A DNA stretch of 64,000 nucleotides from positions 4,751 through 68,750 of the forward strand of contig JBFWUK010000010.1 in NCBI GenBank assembly GCA_050247355.1, given 5' to 3'. The translations under genes were made by a program, and so were the position numbers. The notes below the pieces were generated by a model. It worked only from the letters and a program-made list of their open reading frames with translations, was not told the origin of the DNA and searched no databases. Below, in pieces: positions 17,142 through 26,894 of this stretch. The stretch is from Vicinamibacterales bacterium (GTDB taxonomy: Bacteria > Acidobacteriota > Vicinamibacteria > Vicinamibacterales > UBA2999). The number at the start of each line of letters is the position of its first letter. Within the stretch, counting starts at the first letter, position 1.

Positions 17142-18783
17142 CGACGGCCAGCGCCTGAATCGATCGCGGCTCGCCTGGCAGCGGCAGCGGTCCACGGTCT
17201 TCGAACGCGACGCCCGAGCCGGGCAGCAAATCGACGACGGAGCGCGAGACGTAGACGTCGTGGGTGGTCGCGGCCTCTGCCAGTTGGCGGCTGATGGCGC
17301 TGACCGGGCCGTCCATTGCCGCGACGTCGCACGCGCCAATGTGCACCCCGGCCCGGGCCGTCAATCGCGACTGGCGCGCGATGGCGGTGATTGACATGGC
17401 GCAGCGCACGGCGCGGCCCGGTCCTTCGAAGCCCGCGACCAGCCGGTCGTCGTCCTGGGCGCCGAGCCGGCCGCGGAAAAACGCCACCTCCCGCGCGAAT
17501 ACGCGCGCCAGCAACTCGCGATCGTCGCCGGTCGCCTCTGAGTGCAGCGTCAGCACCGAGCACAGAACAGTGGTCGCCTCGCTCCGCTCGCGGGCGGGCG
17601 CCAGGAACTGCTCGATCGCCTCGAGCAGCGTGTCCTGGTCGCCGACGAACGGCAGGTGATCGGGCCCCGGCAGTTCGACCAGCGTGGCACCCGGGATGCG
17701 GGCGGCCAGGTAGCGGCCTTCCTCGACCTTCAACAGTTGATCGCCGGTGCGGTGAATCACCAGCGTCGGCACGCGAATCGAGGGCAGCACCTCGCGCACG
17801 TCGATCTCGGCATTCATCCGCGTCAGCGCCACCGCCGCGCCGGGACTGGCGCCCATGCGCAGGTACGACGCCCACCAGTCGCGGAACGCCGGATCGGCGG
17901 CGAGCGACGGCGCCCGCTCCTCGATGCCGACCGGCCCGCCCCAGTCGTCGATGATGCGCTGGCAGAAGCGCGCGTGCTCGTCGCGGGTCGGCCCCCACGG
18001 GTAGTCGTGATCGCGCAGCCGCCGGGCGTAGCTGCCGATCATGATCAGCGCCTCGGTCTTTTCGGGATAGGTCGCCGCGAACAGGCTGCACAGCGGGCCG
18101 CCCTCCGACACGCCGAGCAGTACGGCGCGCTCGCTGCCCGCCGCGTCCATCACGGCGCGCACGTCATCCAGCCGCTCGTCGAGGCTCGGCAACAGGCTGA
18201 CCGGCACCGGGTCCGACAGGCCGGTGCCGCGCTTGTCGAACAGGATCAACCGCGCCCGCGTGGCCAGGCGGTTGAGGAAGCGCGCGAAATGCGGCTCGCT
18301 CCAGAACGACTCGAGATGCGAGACCCAGCCCATGACGAACACGATGTCGATCGGCCCATCGCCAACGACCTGGTAGGCGATGTTGACCGCGCCGCTGCGC
18401 GCGTATCGCACTCGCGGAGTGGTGCCGGCCTGCGCCGGTGGGTTCGCGACCGCCGTGACCGGGGCCATGAAGCGATAGCCGCGCCGATGCGCCGTCTCGA
18501 TGAACCGCGGTTCGCTGGAGTCGTCGCCCAGCGCCTTGCGCACCTCGCGGATGGTGCTCTTCAGCACCGCGTCGCCGACGAACACGCCGGGCCAGACGGC
18601 CGCCAGCAATTCCTGCTTCGACACCAGGCGCCCGGCCTGGCTGACCAGGCACTGCAGCAGCGCAAAGGCCTTGGGCGCCAGCGCGACCGGTTCGTCCTCA
18701 CGGTAGAGGTGGCCGCTGACGGGATCCAGGCGGAACTCGGCGAAGGTGACGACTTGGTCCTGGTTCATGGGCGGCTGAGCCAT
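17119..18783 (-). CDS. Multidomain regulator: OmpR/PhoB-type winged-helix DNA-binding domain, alpha/beta hydrolase, and a degenerate class III cyclase-homology domain
   Basis: N-terminus FRLDPVSGHLYREDEPVALAPKAFALLQCLV...IETAHRRGYRF (trans_reg_C). Middle has GVSEGG (GxSxG). C-terminus aligns by eye to CHD (AGFEGPGRAVRCA, RAGVHIG), but the FxDIxGST metal-binding motif is replaced by LCSVLTLHS. Confidence 0.8.
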   Translation of the reverse strand: MAQPPMNQDQVVTFAEFRLDPVSGHLYREDEPVALAPKAFALLQCLVSQAGRLVSKQELLAAVWPGVFVGDAVLKSTIREVRKALGDDSSEPRFIETAHRRGYRFMAPVTAVANPPAQAGTTPRVRYARSGAVNIAYQVVGDGPIDIVFVMGWVSHLESFWSEPHFARFLNRLATRARLILFDKRGTGLSDPVPVSLLPSLDERLDDVRAVMDAAGSERAVLLGVSEGGPLCSLFAATYPEKTEALIMIGSYARRLRDHDYPWGPTRDEHARFCQRIIDDWGGPVGIEERAPSLAADPAFRDWWASYLRMGASPGAAVALTRMNAEIDVREVLPSIRVPTLVIHRTGDQLLKVEEGRYLAARIPGATLVELPGPDHLPFVGDQDTLLEAIEQFLAPARERSEATTVLCSVLTLHSEATGDDRELLARVFAREVAFFRGRLGAQDDDRLVAGFEGPGRAVRCAMSITAIARQSRLTARAGVHIGACDVAAMDGPVSAISRQLAEAATTHDVYVSRSVVDLLPGSGVAFEDRGPLPLPGEPRSIQALAVVTATPAG

Positions 18784-18787
18784 GGAT

Positions 18788-18820
18788 CTTACCGAATCCT
18801 TACCAATCCCTCACCACCTG
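18788..18820. promoter_or_regulatory. Three direct repeats with 11-bp phasing (CTTACCGAATC / CTTACCAATCC / CTCACCACCTG)
   Basis: Read directly. Sits 5-37 nt upstream of the wHTH regulator start (18783, minus strand) and about 67-99 nt upstream of the divergent gene at 18887. Confidence 0.4.
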
Positions 18821-18886
18821 CGAACGACTTGCGCCGCGGCCCTTCCGTATAACCAATCAGTTCCCCTGTTTTCTGGAGATTGATAG

Positions 18887-20653
18887 ATGTCACGTTTCAT
18901 ATCGCGTTTGATGTTCCCCCTGGTCGTCGCGGCCGTGCTCGCCCCACCGGTGGTGGGCGAGGCGGCCCTTCGACTCCCTGAAGAACCTGACGCTCGCTCA
19001 GGGCAAGCCGCGCAGGCCAGTGCCCCGGCCGCCGGCCATAAGCACTATGACGACTCGAAGGCAGCCGAAGCGCCCGCGCCCGCGCCGGGCATGCCGCTTG
19101 CGCCGCGGTTGCAGAACCTGGGTGTGCACGTGTTCCCGACCAGCACCAAGGTGGCGCGCGCGCAGTTGTTCATGAACCAGGGCGTCAACCTGGCGTTCGG
19201 CTTCAATCACGCCGAGGCCAAGCGCTCGTTCGCCGAAGCGGCGCGTCTCGATCCGACGCTGGCCATGGCGTATTGGGGCCAGGCGCTGGTGATGGGCCCC
19301 AACATCAACGCGCCGATGGTGCCCGAGGCCGAGCCGGTCGCGTTCGACCTGGTGCAGAAGGCCGTGGCCCTGAAGGCCGGGGCGACGCCGCGCGAGCGCG
19401 CGTATATCGACGCGCTGGCCAGGCGCTACACCGGCAAGCCCGAGGATCGCGCCCAGGCCGACCGCGCCTATGCCGAGGCCATGCTGGCCGTCACCCGCGC
19501 CTTCTCGAACGACCTCGACGCGGGCGTGCTGTACGCGGAGGCGCTGATGGACCTGCGCCCCTGGAACTACTGGACGCGCGACGGCCAGCCGTACGCCGAG
19601 ACCGTGCAGGTGCAGGCCGCTCTCGACAAGGTGTTGCAAACCCACAAGAACCACCCGGGCGCGCTGCACCTGTGGATTCACCTGTGGGAGTCGACCGACA
19701 CGCCGGAACGTGCGGAGGCCGAGGCCGATCGGCTGCTGCCGCTGATGCCCGGTGCCGGCCACATGGTGCACATGGCCGCGCACATCTACCAGCGCGTTGG
19801 CCGCCACGCCGACGTGATCAGCTCGAATCTGCTGGCGGCGAAGGCCGACGAGGACTACATCGCGCAGTGCAACGCGCAGGGGCTCTATCCGCTCGGCTAC
19901 TACCCGCACAACCTCCACTTCATCTGGATGGGGGCGACGGCCAGCGGTCAGCGGCAACTGGCGCTCGATTCGGCGCGCAAGCTGGCCGCCGCGGTGCCAG
20001 ACGAGGCGCTGTCGGTCGTGCCGATCCTGCAGGGCTTTGTCGTGGTGCCCTACTGGGCGATGGTTCGCTTCAGTCAATGGGAGCAAATCCTGGCCGACCC
20101 CGGTCCGCGCCACGACAGCGCCTTCTCGCGCAGCGTGTGGAAGTACGCGCGGGCCATGGCGTTCGTCGCAACCGCCCGCCTGGGCGAGGCCGAGACCGAA
20201 CTGGCCGAGCTGAAAACCCTGGTGGCGGATCCGTCGATGAAGGGGCAGATCACCTTCTCGGCCAATAGCGGCTTCGCGGTCATGCGCATTGCCGTCGAGG
20301 TCGTGGCCGGCGAGATTGCCGCGAAGCGGCAGCAGTGGGACCAGGCGGTCCTGCACCTCGATCGCGCCGTCCGCTTCGAGGACGCGCTGGTCTACCAGGA
20401 ACCGCACGACTGGCACGCGCCCGCCCGGCAGAACCTCGCCGCGGTGTTGCTGGCGGCCGGACGCGCCGACGAAGCCGAGACCGTGTTGTGGGAAGACCTG
20501 AAGCGCAACCCCGAACACGGCTGGACGCTGCGGTTGCTCTCGCAGGCGCTGCGCGCCCAGGACAAGAAGGACGAGGCGGCCCTGGTCGATGCCCGGTTCC
20601 GTAAGTCGTGGAAGGGCGACGCCGCGCCGGCGACGTCGGCCCGGGAGCGCTAG
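18887..20653 (+). CDS. Secreted TPR-like/helical-repeat conserved hypothetical protein
   Basis: GGAG-N9-ATG start. Signal peptide MSRFISRLMFPLVVAAVLAPPVVGEA. 588 aa, helical-repeat-like composition. Confidence 0.75.
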   Translation: MSRFISRLMFPLVVAAVLAPPVVGEAALRLPEEPDARSGQAAQASAPAAGHKHYDDSKAAEAPAPAPGMPLAPRLQNLGVHVFPTSTKVARAQLFMNQGVNLAFGFNHAEAKRSFAEAARLDPTLAMAYWGQALVMGPNINAPMVPEAEPVAFDLVQKAVALKAGATPRERAYIDALARRYTGKPEDRAQADRAYAEAMLAVTRAFSNDLDAGVLYAEALMDLRPWNYWTRDGQPYAETVQVQAALDKVLQTHKNHPGALHLWIHLWESTDTPERAEAEADRLLPLMPGAGHMVHMAAHIYQRVGRHADVISSNLLAAKADEDYIAQCNAQGLYPLGYYPHNLHFIWMGATASGQRQLALDSARKLAAAVPDEALSVVPILQGFVVVPYWAMVRFSQWEQILADPGPRHDSAFSRSVWKYARAMAFVATARLGEAETELAELKTLVADPSMKGQITFSANSGFAVMRIAVEVVAGEIAAKRQQWDQAVLHLDRAVRFEDALVYQEPHDWHAPARQNLAAVLLAAGRADEAETVLWEDLKRNPEHGWTLRLLSQALRAQDKKDEAALVDARFRKSWKGDAAPATSARER

Positions 20654-21529
20654 GTGGTGACGTTCGCCACCAACCCGCTCGCCACGCCGACGCCGCACTT
20701 CGACGACGTGCGGCTGCCGAACGGCATTCGCTTGCACTTCGCGCAGCAGGGGCCCAGCACCGGGCCGGCGCTCCTGCTGCTGCACGGCTACACCGACTCG
20801 TGGTTCTCGTTCAGCCGCGTGCTGCCGCTGTTCCGTCCGGAACAGCGGGTCGTGGTACCCGACCTGCGCGGTCACGGCGACTCGAGCCGGCCCTCCTTCG
20901 CCAGGGCTACGGAGGGTGAACCTCCGGTCGCAGAACCGGGCACGGGCGATCCGGCGGCCGGCTACCGCGTGACCGATCTGGCCGAGGATGTGCTGCATTT
21001 GATGCAGGCGTTGCGCATTCCGAGCGCCGTGGTGCTGGGGCACTCGATGGGTTCGTTCGTCGCCCGGCGGGTGGCGGCGCTGGCCGAGGCGCGCGTGCCG
21101 AAGCTGATCCTGATGGGGGCCGGGCCGACCTTCGACACCCCGGTCGCGCGCGAGCTGAAGGTGGCGGTCGATGCGCTGACCGATCCGGTCGACGCGGAGT
21201 TCGTCCGCGAGTTCCAGGCCAGCACCGTCTTCCAGGACCTGCAGCCGGCCTTCATGGAAGCGGTGATTGCCAACAGCCGCCGCATGCCCGCGGCGGTCTG
21301 GCAGGCGCTGCTGAATGGCCAGATCGATGACGACCCGCCGGTTGGCCTGCAGTGCCGCACGCTGGTGCTGGGCGGGCGGCAGGACCGGATCTTCGCGCCG
21401 GCCGAGCAGAGCGTGCTGGCCAGGCAGTTCCCGCGCGGCGAACTGGAACTGGTGGACGGCGTTGGCCACGCGCTGCACTGGGAAAGCCCGGCCCGCTTCA
21501 TCAGCGCCCTGGCGCGGTTCGGCGTTTGA
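20654..21529 (+). CDS. Alpha/beta-fold hydrolase
   Basis: LLLLHGYTDS, nucleophile elbow GHSMGS, and a C-terminal GHALHWE histidine motif. GTG start directly after the upstream TAG. Confidence 0.85.
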   Translation: MVTFATNPLATPTPHFDDVRLPNGIRLHFAQQGPSTGPALLLLHGYTDSWFSFSRVLPLFRPEQRVVVPDLRGHGDSSRPSFARATEGEPPVAEPGTGDPAAGYRVTDLAEDVLHLMQALRIPSAVVLGHSMGSFVARRVAALAEARVPKLILMGAGPTFDTPVARELKVAVDALTDPVDAEFVREFQASTVFQDLQPAFMEAVIANSRRMPAAVWQALLNGQIDDDPPVGLQCRTLVLGGRQDRIFAPAEQSVLARQFPRGELELVDGVGHALHWESPARFISALARFGV

Positions 21530-21584
21530 CGTTCGGTCCCGAGGCTGCCTGCCCCGGTTGGAGATTGGGCATCCTTGTCGTCAA

Positions 21585-23138
21585 TCAGGGTCGCCGACGG
21601 TCGATCCCGAGCGCCCGAATCTTCGACGCGAGCGTCGTCGGTTTGATGCCGAGCAGGTCGGCCGCTCCATCTGGTCCGAAGATTCGACCATCGGCTCGTC
21701 GCAGCGCCTCCACGACGCTGTCGCGCTCGAGCTGCTTGATGGCCACCCTGGTCAGCAGCCGAGCCTCGCCGACCGGCTCGGTCCGCTCGACGTGCCGCTC
21801 TCCGGGAGCTTCCGGAAACTGCAGCGGCCCGCCCTGCCACAGGATGACCGCCCGCTCGACAAGATTCTGGAGCTCACGGATGTTCCCCGGCCATTCGTAT
21901 GCCGCCAGCCGCGCCAGCGTCGCCTGACTGACTTTGGGCAGCGGGCGGTTCAAGCGCCGCGCCGACTGACGGACGAAGTGGCGCACTAGCCCCGGCACGT
22001 CGGCGCGACGTTCGCGCAGCGGCGGGATATCGATGGGAAACACGCTCAGCCGGTAGTACAGATCCTGACGAAAACGGCCCTGGTGTACTTCGCGACGCAG
22101 GTCGCGATTGGTGGCGGCGACGATCCGGACGTCGACGCGCCGCGTCCGATGGTCGCCCACGCGCTCGAACTCCTGTTCCTGCAGCACCCGTAGAAGCTTG
22201 GCCTGCATGGCGAGCGGCACCTCGCCGATTTCGTCGAGCAACAGCGTGCCGCGGTCAGCCAGCTCGAACCGCCCCTGGCGGTCGGCGGCCGCGCCGGTGA
22301 AAGCGCCACGGACGTGGCCGAAGAACTCGCTTTCGAAGAGGCCGTCGGGCACCGCGCTGCAGTTCACCTTGATGAGCGGCCTGCTCGCCCGCGCGCTCCG
22401 GTCGTGAATCGCGCGCGCCACCAACTCTTTGCCGGTGCCGCTCTCGCCCGTGACGAGCACCGCCGCGTCGGTCGGCGCGACCAACTGCACCTGCTGCAGC
22501 ACTTTCTGCAGGCCGGGGCTCTCGCCGACGAAGTCGCCGATGCCGAGCGCTGAGGTGACCTCTTCGCGCAGGTACAGGTTGTCCTGCTCGAGCTGTGCGC
22601 CAAGCGCCTCGACCTGTTCGAAGGCCCGCGCGTTGGCGATGCTGACCGCGGCGTAGTCGGCAAAGATCCTGAGCCACCGGAAGGCCTCGTCATCGAGCAG
22701 GCCGCGATCGAAGAGTGCGAGGACGCCCAGCGTCTCGCCGCCATGGACGAGTGGCTGCGCCGCCATCGAGCGGATCGCTTCGCGGACGATCCACTCGTGA
22801 TCGGCAATCCACGATTCATCGTCCCGGATGCCCGCGAGGAGCAGGGGCTCGCCGGTCTCGGCCACGCGGCCAATCTTGCGTTCGCCGACGCGCATGAGAT
22901 GGAACGCGCCGTCGAGGCGGCCGTGATCGGCCGACGGATCCCGTGACACGCCGTTGCTCGAGACGAGGTGCAGCACGCCGCCGGCGTCTTCCCGATCGGG
23001 TGGGCCGCAGGCCTGGCAGCGCGCATACGGCTCACGAAGCCAGATTCTGACGAGTGCCGAGTTGGGACATGCGGCCAACCCAGTGGTAATCGCGCCGAGC
23101 ACGTTGGTGAGGCCCCGAGAGCGGGCCGTGTCCACCAT
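21585..23138 (-). CDS. Sigma54-dependent transcriptional activator (GAF, AAA+ and Fis-type HTH domains)
   Basis: GESGTGKE Walker A, GAFTGA loop (VRGAFTGAA), ESEFFGH, and C-terminal [22 protein letters not shown] prefer the ATG at 23138 over the TTG at 23201, but the start is uncertain. Confidence 0.9.
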   Translation of the reverse strand: MVDTARSRGLTNVLGAITTGLAACPNSALVRIWLREPYARCQACGPPDREDAGGVLHLVSSNGVSRDPSADHGRLDGAFHLMRVGERKIGRVAETGEPLLLAGIRDDESWIADHEWIVREAIRSMAAQPLVHGGETLGVLALFDRGLLDDEAFRWLRIFADYAAVSIANARAFEQVEALGAQLEQDNLYLREEVTSALGIGDFVGESPGLQKVLQQVQLVAPTDAAVLVTGESGTGKELVARAIHDRSARASRPLIKVNCSAVPDGLFESEFFGHVRGAFTGAAADRQGRFELADRGTLLLDEIGEVPLAMQAKLLRVLQEQEFERVGDHRTRRVDVRIVAATNRDLRREVHQGRFRQDLYYRLSVFPIDIPPLRERRADVPGLVRHFVRQSARRLNRPLPKVSQATLARLAAYEWPGNIRELQNLVERAVILWQGGPLQFPEAPGERHVERTEPVGEARLLTRVAIKQLERDSVVEALRRADGRIFGPDGAADLLGIKPTTLASKIRALGIDRRRP

Positions 23139-23199
23139 GACGCCCGGCAACTGAAGTGTGTTCACCGCTCGAAGACTACGAAAAACGGCTAAGACTCGC

Positions 23200-23230
23200 A
23201 ACGAAAAATGATAGACGACGATATTTCGTT
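23200..23230. promoter_or_regulatory. Inverted repeat AACGAAA-N17-TTTCGTT in an AT-rich stretch (candidate activator binding site)
   Basis: Read directly. Lies in the divergent region between the sigma54 activator and the 23386 operon. Confidence 0.3.
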
Positions 23231-23300
23231 GTCAATCTCAGGCGCATCGTTTTTCAAGCAACATCAAACAAGACATCAACTTACGAGGCAACATCCGACC

Positions 23301-23316
23301 TGGCACGATCCGTGGA
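23301..23316 (+). promoter_or_regulatory. Candidate sigma54 (-24/-12) promoter: cTGGCACGatccGTGGA
   Basis: The -24 half, CTGGCACGA, matches YTGGCACGR. The -12 half is weak (GTGGA versus TTGCW). Lies about 70 nt upstream of the GTG at 23386, next to a divergent sigma54 activator gene. Confidence 0.35.
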
Positions 23317-23385
23317 TTCTGGATGTTCGCGCGATGAACCGCGCCGCGTCGTGCTCAGCCTCGTCATTCGTCGAAGGAGACCATT

Positions 23386-24189
23386 GTGACTCGTATTATC
23401 CGTTTGTCTGTCGCTACGTTGTTTGTCATCGCTGCCGGCCTGGCGGTGGCGCCCCTCGTCGTTGCCCAGCGTGCGGCGGCCACCGTGCCGCATTTCAGTG
23501 GCCCGCGCACCGACGCGCCGGTGCCGCGGCCCGGCATGACCCCTGTCAAGGGCCGCGTCGGTTTGCTCGTCACCGACCCGCAGAACGACTTCCTCAGCCC
23601 GAAGGGCGTCGCCTGGGGCGTTGTCGGCGAGAGCGTAAAGGAGAACGGCACCGTCGAAAACATCGAGCGGCTGCTCAAGGCCGCGAAGACCGCTGATGTG
23701 CCGGTGTTTGTGAGCCCGCACTACTACTTCGCGCACGACCATCGCTGGAAGTTCGCGGGCGCACTCGAGGTGCTGATGCACAACATCGGCATGTTCGACC
23801 GCGAGGGCGCGCTCACCCAGGAAGGGTTCGAGGGATCGGGCGCCGACTTCCTGGATCGTTACAAGCCGTACCTGAACGACGGCAAGACCGTCGTCTCCAG
23901 TCCCCACAAGGTGTTTGGTCCCGAGACCAACGATCTGGTGCTCCAGCTTCGAAAGGCCGGCATCAGTCAGGTCGTGCTGGCCGGCATGTCGGCCAATCTC
24001 TGCACCGAGTCGCACATGCGCGAGCTGCTCGAGCAGGGCTTCGAGGTCGTCGTCGTGACCGACGCGACGGCTGCGGCGAAGCTTCCGGGTTTCGACGGCT
24101 ACGAGGCCGCCTACGTCAACTTCCGGCTCATCGCCAGCGACATCTGGAACACGGCGAGTGCCGCCAAGGCTCTGGCGTCGCTCAAGTAG
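23386..24189 (+). CDS. Isochorismatase-family cysteine hydrolase with N-terminal signal sequence
   Basis: GGAG-N7-GTG start. LLVTDPQNDFL near the N-terminus of the domain and VVLAGMSANLCTES (catalytic Cys region). Signal-like RIIRLSVATLFVIAAGLAVAPLVVAQ. Confidence 0.85.
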   Translation: MTRIIRLSVATLFVIAAGLAVAPLVVAQRAAATVPHFSGPRTDAPVPRPGMTPVKGRVGLLVTDPQNDFLSPKGVAWGVVGESVKENGTVENIERLLKAAKTADVPVFVSPHYYFAHDHRWKFAGALEVLMHNIGMFDREGALTQEGFEGSGADFLDRYKPYLNDGKTVVSSPHKVFGPETNDLVLQLRKAGISQVVLAGMSANLCTESHMRELLEQGFEVVVVTDATAAAKLPGFDGYEAAYVNFRLIASDIWNTASAAKALASLK

Positions 24190-24219
24190 CACCGCCCTGT
24201 CAACGAGAGGACCGTGCCC

Positions 24220-24693
24220 ATGTCTTTGCCTATTCGTCCACTGGCCCCGCCGTTCACGGGTGATACCGCCGCGCAGAAGGTGCGGATGGCGGAGGACGGC
24301 TGGAACAGCCGCGATCCAGAGCGGGTGTCGCTGGCCTATACGCCGGACTCGATCTGGCGCAACCGGGCCGAGTTCCTTGCCGGCCGCCCTGCCATCGTCG
24401 CGTTTCTGCGGCGGAAGTGGGCGCGCGAACTGGACTACCGCCTGGTCAAGGAGCTGTGGGCGTTTGGCGCCGACCGGATCGCCGTCCGCTTCGCCTACGA
24501 GTGGCGTGACGACAGTGGGAACCGGTTCCGATCCTACGGCAACGAGAACTGGGAGTTTGACGCCGCCGGGCTGATGCGGCGTCGCCTGGCCAGCATCAAC
24601 GACCTGCCGATTCGCGAGGCCGAGCGGCTGTTCCGATGGCCCGCCGGCCCGCGGCCCGAGGGGCATCCCTCGCTCACGGATTTGGGTCTCTGA
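24220..24693 (+). CDS. DUF1348 / NTF2-like (SnoaL-type) family protein
   Basis: [36 protein letters not shown]...[25 protein letters not shown] matches my recollection of DUF1348. Confidence 0.75.
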   Translation: MSLPIRPLAPPFTGDTAAQKVRMAEDGWNSRDPERVSLAYTPDSIWRNRAEFLAGRPAIVAFLRRKWARELDYRLVKELWAFGADRIAVRFAYEWRDDSGNRFRSYGNENWEFDAAGLMRRRLASINDLPIREAERLFRWPAGPRPEGHPSLTDLGL

Positions 24694-24711
24694 ACAGCGG
24701 GAGGCATGCAC

Positions 24712-25485
24712 ATGACTGACGTATCACCCGCTCCATCTCGCGCGCTCATCGTCGGCGGCTCCAGCGGCATCGGCTTGGCCACGGCCCGGCGGCTGCGGCG
24801 CCGGGGCGTGACCACCGTCCTGGTCGGGCGGTCGCCCGACAAGCTGCTTGCGGCCGAGCGCGAGCTGGCCGATCCGGAGGGTGTCGAGACGATTCAAGCC
24901 GATCTCTACCATCCGGCGGATGTCGACCGCGTGGTCGCCGCCGCTGGCGATCGCGCGCGTCCCATCCGGTATCTCGTCAACGCCGCCGGCCGGTTCAAGC
25001 CAACCGGCTTCTTGGAGCACCAGACCGCCGACTACGACGCGTATCTCGACCTGAACCGGTCGCTCTTCTTCATCTCCCAGGCCGCCGCCCGCACGATGGC
25101 CGCCGCCGGCGGCGGCGCGATCGTGCACGTCGGATCCATGTGGGCCCGGCAGGCCGTCAGGCTCACGCCCTCGTCGGCGTACTCGATGGCCAAAGCCGGT
25201 CTGCATGCCCTGACGCAGCACATGGCGATGGAACTCGCCGAGCATCACATCCGGGTGAACGCCGTCTCGCCGGCGGTCGTGAAGACCCCCATCTACGAGA
25301 GCTTCATCGATCGCGCGGCGATCGATGACACGCTGGCCGGTTTCAACGCCTTCCATCCGATCGGCCGCATCGGTGCGCCCGATGACGTGGCGGCGGTGGT
25401 GGAGTTTCTCTTAAGCGACGGCGCCTCCTGGGTGACAGGCGCCGTGTGGGATGTCGACGGCGGCGTCATGGCCGGACGCAGCTGA
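24712..25485 (+). CDS. Short-chain dehydrogenase/reductase (SDR)
   Basis: GGSSGIG cofactor motif and catalytic YSMAK (YxxxK). GGGAGG lies 7 nt upstream of the ATG at 24712. Confidence 0.9.
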   Translation: MTDVSPAPSRALIVGGSSGIGLATARRLRRRGVTTVLVGRSPDKLLAAERELADPEGVETIQADLYHPADVDRVVAAAGDRARPIRYLVNAAGRFKPTGFLEHQTADYDAYLDLNRSLFFISQAAARTMAAAGGGAIVHVGSMWARQAVRLTPSSAYSMAKAGLHALTQHMAMELAEHHIRVNAVSPAVVKTPIYESFIDRAAIDDTLAGFNAFHPIGRIGAPDDVAAVVEFLLSDGASWVTGAVWDVDGGVMAGRS

Positions 25486-25560
25486 CCCGGGCGCGCCGCG
25501 ACGTCGCACGACTCAGTCCGTTGTCAGTCAACCTCAACGTGATTCCTTCAGGAGTATTGA

Positions 25561-25938
25561 ATGTCAAAGACCGCAATCGTTATCTATTCCGATCCGAAGT
25601 CCGGCAGTGAGGAAGCGCTCGGACGGCTGTTCAACGGCATGTTCGTGGCCTACGAACTGCTCGAGAAGAAGCAGGAAGTGGCGCTCATCTTCCAGGGCAC
25701 CGGCGTGCGTTGGGCCAGCGAGCTGGTGAAGCCCGAACATCCGGCGCACGCGCTCTACAACGCGGTCAAGGACTGCGTGGTCGGCGTGTGCGGTGGGTGC
25801 GCCGACGTGTTCGGGGCCACGCACGACGCCAAGGACGCCGGTGCGAACCTGATTCACGAGAAGGCGATTCCCGGCACCTCCGGAATCATCGATCTGTCCA
25901 AGTACCTGGACGCGGGCTACCGCGTCCTCAATTTCTAA
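25561..25938 (+). CDS. DsrE/DsrF-like family protein
   Basis: AGGAG SD. 125 aa with the typical small alpha/beta layout (AIVIYSDP..., ALIFQGTGV, CGGC). Confidence 0.55.
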   Translation: MSKTAIVIYSDPKSGSEEALGRLFNGMFVAYELLEKKQEVALIFQGTGVRWASELVKPEHPAHALYNAVKDCVVGVCGGCADVFGATHDAKDAGANLIHEKAIPGTSGIIDLSKYLDAGYRVLNF

Positions 25939-25960
25939 CCACTGGCAAGGCTGTCACGCG

Positions 25961-25992
25961 GCGGGGCCCATAGCGGCCCCGCCCATTCTTCT
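25961..25992 (+). terminator. Hairpin terminator candidate (GCGGGGCC, loop CATAGC, GGCCCCGC, then a T-rich tail)
   Basis: Read directly, 23 nt after the stop at 25938. The tail CCATTCTTCT is only partly U-rich. Confidence 0.45.
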
Positions 25993-26003
25993 GGAGGGTC
26001 GAC

Positions 26004-26894
26004 GTGGCCGAGATGTACCACCGAGGTGAGATTGCAGTCCAGGAGCTGGCTGGCGAGCGCAGTCAGGCGGTGCTCAATGGACGGGTGTTCTCCAGTGTCA
26101 TCCCCGCGCCTGCCCGACCTTTCGTGGCTCAACAGTCCTGCGTCGCCATCGGTTGGCGCGACCCGTCGGGCAATCCCTGGGCGTCGCTGGTGGTGGGCGA
26201 ACCCGGGTTTGCGTCGTGCGATCCAGACGGCACGGCGGTAACGGTGCGCACGACGAGCACGCTAATACCGCCTGGCTCGGTTCATGGCGATGTTCCGGCG
26301 ACGGGCGCGGTGGGCATGCTGGTCATCGACCTGGCCACGAGGCGTCGACTGCGCGTCAATGGGGTGATCGAGCGAGCGACGGCCAGCGAGCTGCATGTCG
26401 CGGTGGAGCAGGCCTTTCCGAATTGCCCCAAGTACATCCAGCGGCGCGAACGGGTCGATGCGGCCACACTCGCGTCGGCGACGACGATGGTTGGACTGGG
26501 CGCACCGGCTCAGCTGCAATCGTGGCTGACTCGGACCGATACGGCCTTCGTCGCGAGCGTTGGGCCGGACGGGAGGATCGACTGCTCGCACCGGGGCGGG
26601 CGACGCGGGTACATGCGATTGGACGGCGATGCCGTGGTCGTGCCTGACTACCCGGGGAACTCCATGTTCTGCAGCCTCGGGAACATGACGGTCGAACCGC
26701 GCGCGGGCTTGGTTCTCGTCGACTTCGAGACGCGACAGCAGCTGCACCTGAGCGGCGAGGTCAGCGTGGAAATCGCGAGCACCAGGCGCGCGTGGATCTT
26801 GAGGCCGCGCGCGTGGGTCCTCTCGCCATTGGCCGGAGCGACTCGCTGGCGGCTGGTCGATCAATCTCCGTTCAACCCGCCGATCGAGGCATGA
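26004..26894 (+). CDS. Pyridoxamine 5'-phosphate oxidase-family (FMN-binding split-barrel) protein
   Basis: YHRGEIAVQELAGER..., FPNCPKYIQRR and YPGNSMFCSLGN are blocks typical of this family. Confidence 0.75.
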   Translation: MAEMYHRGEIAVQELAGERSQAVLNGRVFSSVIPAPARPFVAQQSCVAIGWRDPSGNPWASLVVGEPGFASCDPDGTAVTVRTTSTLIPPGSVHGDVPATGAVGMLVIDLATRRRLRVNGVIERATASELHVAVEQAFPNCPKYIQRRERVDAATLASATTMVGLGAPAQLQSWLTRTDTAFVASVGPDGRIDCSHRGGRRGYMRLDGDAVVVPDYPGNSMFCSLGNMTVEPRAGLVLVDFETRQQLHLSGEVSVEIASTRRAWILRPRAWVLSPLAGATRWRLVDQSPFNPPIEA

